DNA from: Microcoleus sp.
GTDB lineage: Bacteria > Cyanobacteriota > Cyanobacteriia > Cyanobacteriales > Microcoleaceae
Direction: 5' to 3'
Assembly (NCBI GenBank): GCA_052279835.1
Contig: CP181291.1
Location: 3,296,001-3,360,000, forward strand
Length of the DNA stretch: 64,000 nucleotides
Part shown: in pieces, positions 60,119 to 64,000 of the stretch
How the letters are laid out: the number at the start of each line of letters is the position of its first letter
Position numbering within the stretch: the stretch's first letter is position 1
Notes under the pieces: generated by a model
Database searches by the model: none
What the model saw: the letters and a program-made list of their open reading frames with translations, nothing else
Told to the model about the DNA's origin: nothing
Made by a program: the position numbers and the translations under genes

Positions 60119-60874
60119 CTAATGATTTTTATCTAAATCAGCCACTATTTTTAATAAAGCTTCACGATAAATTATTTTGCCATCAGCATTGAGATGAACA
60201 CCATCCGATGTCAAATTAGCCTTCAAAGCTTTGCCCTCAAATAACGGCTGCACAACTGCTTCGTCAATTGATAATTTTTCTACCACAGCAACTTGACGAA
60301 TCAACCGATTAAACCGATCGACTCTTGAAATAGGAGCAGCAACAGTCACATCGTGGCTTGCCTCAACAGTTGAATAAACAACTGGTAGCAAAACCACTTG
60401 TTTCGCCCCCATATCTTGTTTTACAGTCGCGATTATTTGCCTCATATTGTTCACAAATTGCTCATCCATAGTTCTGTAAATAGCATCATTAGTACCCAGA
60501 GCAATGATTGCCCGATCGCACTTAACTTTAACAGCAGTGAGAAACTTAAGCTGTTCTAGCTGAGAAATTGCACTCATCCCGCCCATCGCCCAATTAAAAG
60601 TATCGTTTCCGAGAGTATTTCCCAACATCGAAGTTATAGAATCCCCAAAAAAACAAGTTTTAATTTGCCTAGGGTGAGCCACAGCAACTTGATATTTTAT
60701 CTCATCCAGCCACCCTGGTTGAGAACTCAGTGTATCTGTGGGTAATTCCAGGTAATTAGCATTCGCCATCACCAACATCCTGCCTAAATATCCCCGTTTT
60801 GCTGCATAGATAAAAATCACCCCTATCAAAATTATATTAAAAAAAATAGAAAAACTTGTGACGGTATTTTTCAT
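60119..60874 (-). CDS. SGNH/GDSL hydrolase
   Basis: FFGDSIT, LGTND, DGVHLN blocks; N-terminal TM anchor from MKNTVT. Confidence 0.88.
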   Translation of the reverse strand: MKNTVTSFSIFFNIILIGVIFIYAAKRGYLGRMLVMANANYLELPTDTLSSQPGWLDEIKYQVAVAHPRQIKTCFFGDSITSMLGNTLGNDTFNWAMGGMSAISQLEQLKFLTAVKVKCDRAIIALGTNDAIYRTMDEQFVNNMRQIIATVKQDMGAKQVVLLPVVYSTVEASHDVTVAAPISRVDRFNRLIRQVAVVEKLSIDEAVVQPLFEGKALKANLTSDGVHLNADGKIIYREALLKIVADLDKNH

Positions 60875-60897
60875 CTTGTATTTTAAAATTTGCAAAT

Positions 60898-62665
60898 TTA
60901 AATTCCGTGACTCTTGCCAATCACCCAATTGCGCCGAAAAATCCGAGCCAAAGTCGATTCTTCCAAAGCAAAATAGATTGGGCGGCCGTGAGGACAAGTG
61001 CGAGGATTCCGAGTTTGTTGCCATTCATTCAACAAATTTTGCATTTCACCCAGGGTTAAAGGAGTACCATTGCGAAGGGCACTACGACAAGCAGTAGCAA
61101 CTTGAGCTGCTTGCAAATCGGCTACTTTACTGAGTTCAAAAATAGCATCTCTACAGTCATCTCGCTCGGCCAATAATGCAGGAACTTCCCGCAGCGCCCA
61201 TAGCTGTTCGCCAAAAGTTTCTACCTCTAAACCTAAGCGAGACAAATTCTCAATTTGCCACGCCGATAATTGACTGAAAATTAGGGGTTTTTCTAGAGGT
61301 TTTAACTGCCAAGCAGCGCATAATTGCTCGTACAAAACACGCTCGTGAGCGATGTGTTGTTCTACTAACCACATTCCGCTGGGATGTTCCGCTACAATAT
61401 AAGTATGGTGAACTTGAGCGATCGCCCTCAATTCCATCAATCCTATGGGATGAGCTGTTACCTGTTCGCCGTCGTCATTGGGTTCGCTAGATATCCCCAG
61501 ATTATAAGTACCTTTTTGTTCCGATGCTTTGAGCAATTTTTCCACTCGATCGGGAATAGTCGGCTGCGGCAAAACATCTTCATTCAACTCCAAAGCACGA
61601 GCAATTGCTGCTCTAACTTGTACTTGCCAAAAACTAGGATCTTGCAAATAAATTTCCACCTTAGCTGGGTGTCGATTCCAGTCAATTTCCGAGGGAGAAA
61701 TTTGCAGGTGAATAAAACACAGAGGATAGCGATCGCGCGGACAAGTACGAGCAAAGGCGCTGAAAATAGTTTGCTCCAATTCGGGCGATCGCACCACCCG
61801 CCGATTCACTGCCACCTTCACCCAATCCGGGCGTCTGCGATGACAGCGATCGGGCAAACCAATTACTAACTCCAATTTATTGCTATAGGAAACAGAGGGC
61901 AAATTTACCTTTAAATACTGCAAATCATGCAACCGCACTCCCCGCACAAATTGAGGTAAAATTTGTTTCCCTGTGAGACCCTGGATTTATCTGAAAACAA
62001 GGGGTATTTGCTTGTCGCAACTGCCAATTGACTTGAGGGTGACAAAGAGCAATTTGCTGAAGAATTAATTGTACCGATCGCATTTGCTGTGCCGGAGCCA
62101 AAAAGCCGCGACGGACTGGCCAATTGCCAAACAAGTTACTAACTGTCACCACCGTCCCTGGAGCGATCGCAATTGTTTCCACCTCCAAAGGTTCCCCAGC
62201 GCCATCGTAAACTACCCGCCAGCCCGATCGAGCATTTTCTATTTTCCCTCTCGACGCAGAGAGATTTTCAAGAGCCACATTCTCTGGATTTTCATCTAAA
62301 TCGGCGAATCCCAAATCATTTGTTCTGCTCAAGATTTCCAAAGAACCCAACTGAGCCAAACTATGCAAAGCTTCGCCACGAAACCCCAAAGTAGAAATTT
62401 TGTAAAGGTCTGCTTCAGTGCTAATTTTACTGGTACTATGAGCAGAAGCAGCCTGCTGCAAATTTTTCAAATCCATTCCCGCACCGTTATCTGCAACTTG
62501 CAGTCGCCACTGTTGGGGCCATACAGAAACAATTATGCGAGTTGCGCCAGCATCCAGAGAATTTTCCACTAATTCTCGCACCGCCGCAGCCATCGAGTCA
62601 ATTACCTCACCGGCGGCAATTAAATCGATCACTTCTGGGGGTAAAGTTTGAATACTAAGTGGCAT
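60898..62665 (-). pseudogene. mutL: DNA mismatch repair protein MutL, split by an apparent +1 frameshift near 61980 (real or sequencing error)
   Basis: N-part IAAGEVI, ELVENSLDAGA, GFRGEAL. C-part EQHIAHERV, ACRSA, CPHGRP. Deleting one G of CCAGGGTCTC gives continuous INPGLTGKQILPQFVRGVR. Confidence 0.9.
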
Positions 62666-62715
62666 TATAATTTTAGCTATTCCTCAACTCAATTATACTT
62701 CATTTTGCCCTTCAT

Positions 62716-63811
62716 TTAACTTATATTTTTAGGCAAACGAATATAAAAAGTTGTTCCTTTATCATCTTCCGACTCATAGGTAATTTCCCCTTTGTGAGCA
62801 TCAACCATCGACTTAGCAATCGCCGTTCCCAAACCAGTACCCGTGCGCTTTCCATAGGTCACAAAAGGTTCAAATAATTTTTCCTTAATTGCCCGCGGAA
62901 TACCAGGTCCATTATCGTAAATGCTAATTTCTGCCCAGTCCTCACTTTCTGTGACAGTAATCTCTACACGACCCCCTCGTCCCCCAAAAGCTTCCACAGC
63001 ATTGCCCACTAAATTTTGCAAAACGCGCAAAATTTTATTTTCGTCAGCAAGCACTGTCACTTCTGTTATCCGTACTACCAACTCTACTTTTGCCGCTTCA
63101 AAATAAACTCTATTCAATTTTTCAAATTGGTGCAAAGTCTGGATCAGGTTAATTGGTTTTTTATGCAAAACAGAATTCCCACGAGAAAATTCTAATACTT
63201 CCTCTGCCATTCCCAACATTCGCTGCACTTGCAATTGAATCAGGTCGCACCATTCCTGAGTTTCCTCGTCAGGGTGAATTTCTTTGAGCATTTCACTTGA
63301 AAGTTTAATTCCTGTAAAAGGACTTTTAAAATCGTGAATAATTGTACTCACCATTTCTCCGACAAGTACCATTTTTTGTTTGTGTACAAACTGATTCACA
63401 TACTGATCTGTTGTGTCGCGCAAATTTTGAACAATAAAGCTAAAAATTTGCAGCACGGAAGTTCCTTTGCTAAAATGGAGTGTATCTATCAGTTTCTGTG
63501 CGAGATATTTTGGCTAAAGTTGAGCCTGCAATGGCTAAGGCCCTCGCACTGCGCGGCTGTCCGTCTAAAACTCCGAGTTCCCCAAAAAAGTCATCCGGTT
63601 TAGCTAGAGCAACAGTTTGATGTTTATTGTTGTCAATCCGTTTGCTAAAGTTGACTTCACCTTCTAAGACTAGATATAAGAAATCCGCTGGATCTCCTTC
63701 CTCAAAAACCAGGGTTTCTTGGGCAAAATTCTCCAATATCGCTATTTTGCACAGGTGCGCGGCTTGTTCGGGTTCAAAGTAGGACATAAATCGATGAGAG
63801 GCCAAATCCAT
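62716..63811 (-). pseudogene. cNMP-binding-domain histidine kinase, split by an apparent +1 frameshift near 63499
   Basis: cNMP domain (FEEGD, FFGELGVLDGQPRSA) and HisKA/HATPase (IHDFKSP, DNGPG, GTGLG). Removing one base gives ISRQKLIDTLHFSKGTSVLQIFS. Confidence 0.8.
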
Positions 63812-64000
63812 GTGAAAATACCACCTGAAGCTTAATCTAAACAGTTTCTTTTTTATATCTTCTCTTATTCCTCGAATTTAATTGCAGATCAACTTTTGGT
63901 TTAAAAAACTTTATTAAAAAATTAACTATACTCACTCAGAGCGATCGCCGCATTCTGACCCCCAAAGCCAAAACTCAAACCAACCGCATTTCTCACTTTG

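Noticed and set aside
1..64000. Frequent GCGATCGC octamer
   Set aside because: This is HIP1, a well-known cyanobacterial feature; used only for taxonomic inference.

Overview
Chromosomal window from a filamentous cyanobacterium, most likely Oscillatoriales (Microcoleus/Tychonema-like). This is inferred from the abundant HIP1 octamer GCGATCGC, heptameric STRR repeats and GTAG-type REP elements. Most of it is housekeeping and signalling: dapB, cobH, ftsQ-ftsZ, thiD, minCDE, pilT, mutL, tRNA-Asn, two adenylate cyclases, c-di-GMP enzymes, a STAND/WD40 protein and a hybrid Ser/Thr-His kinase. The standout is a three-gene unit at 51731-54618. It comprises an AetD-like heme-oxygenase-fold diiron enzyme, an 82-aa peptide with five exact TENLDIAHTW repeats (only synonymous DNA differences), and a flavin-dependent halogenase. 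It is preceded by a canonical NtcA-type promoter and looks like an undescribed multi-core RiPP or halogenated-tryptophan pathway. Also notable: a decayed TPR-CHAT protease three-gene module, REP elements inserted in frame in proteins, a four-helix-bundle gene bracketed by inverted heptamer repeats, orphan dndD/dndE, and several apparent +1 frameshifts including one in mutL (mutator or sequencing error). Family assignments come from motif recognition by eye and from memory; no searches were run.
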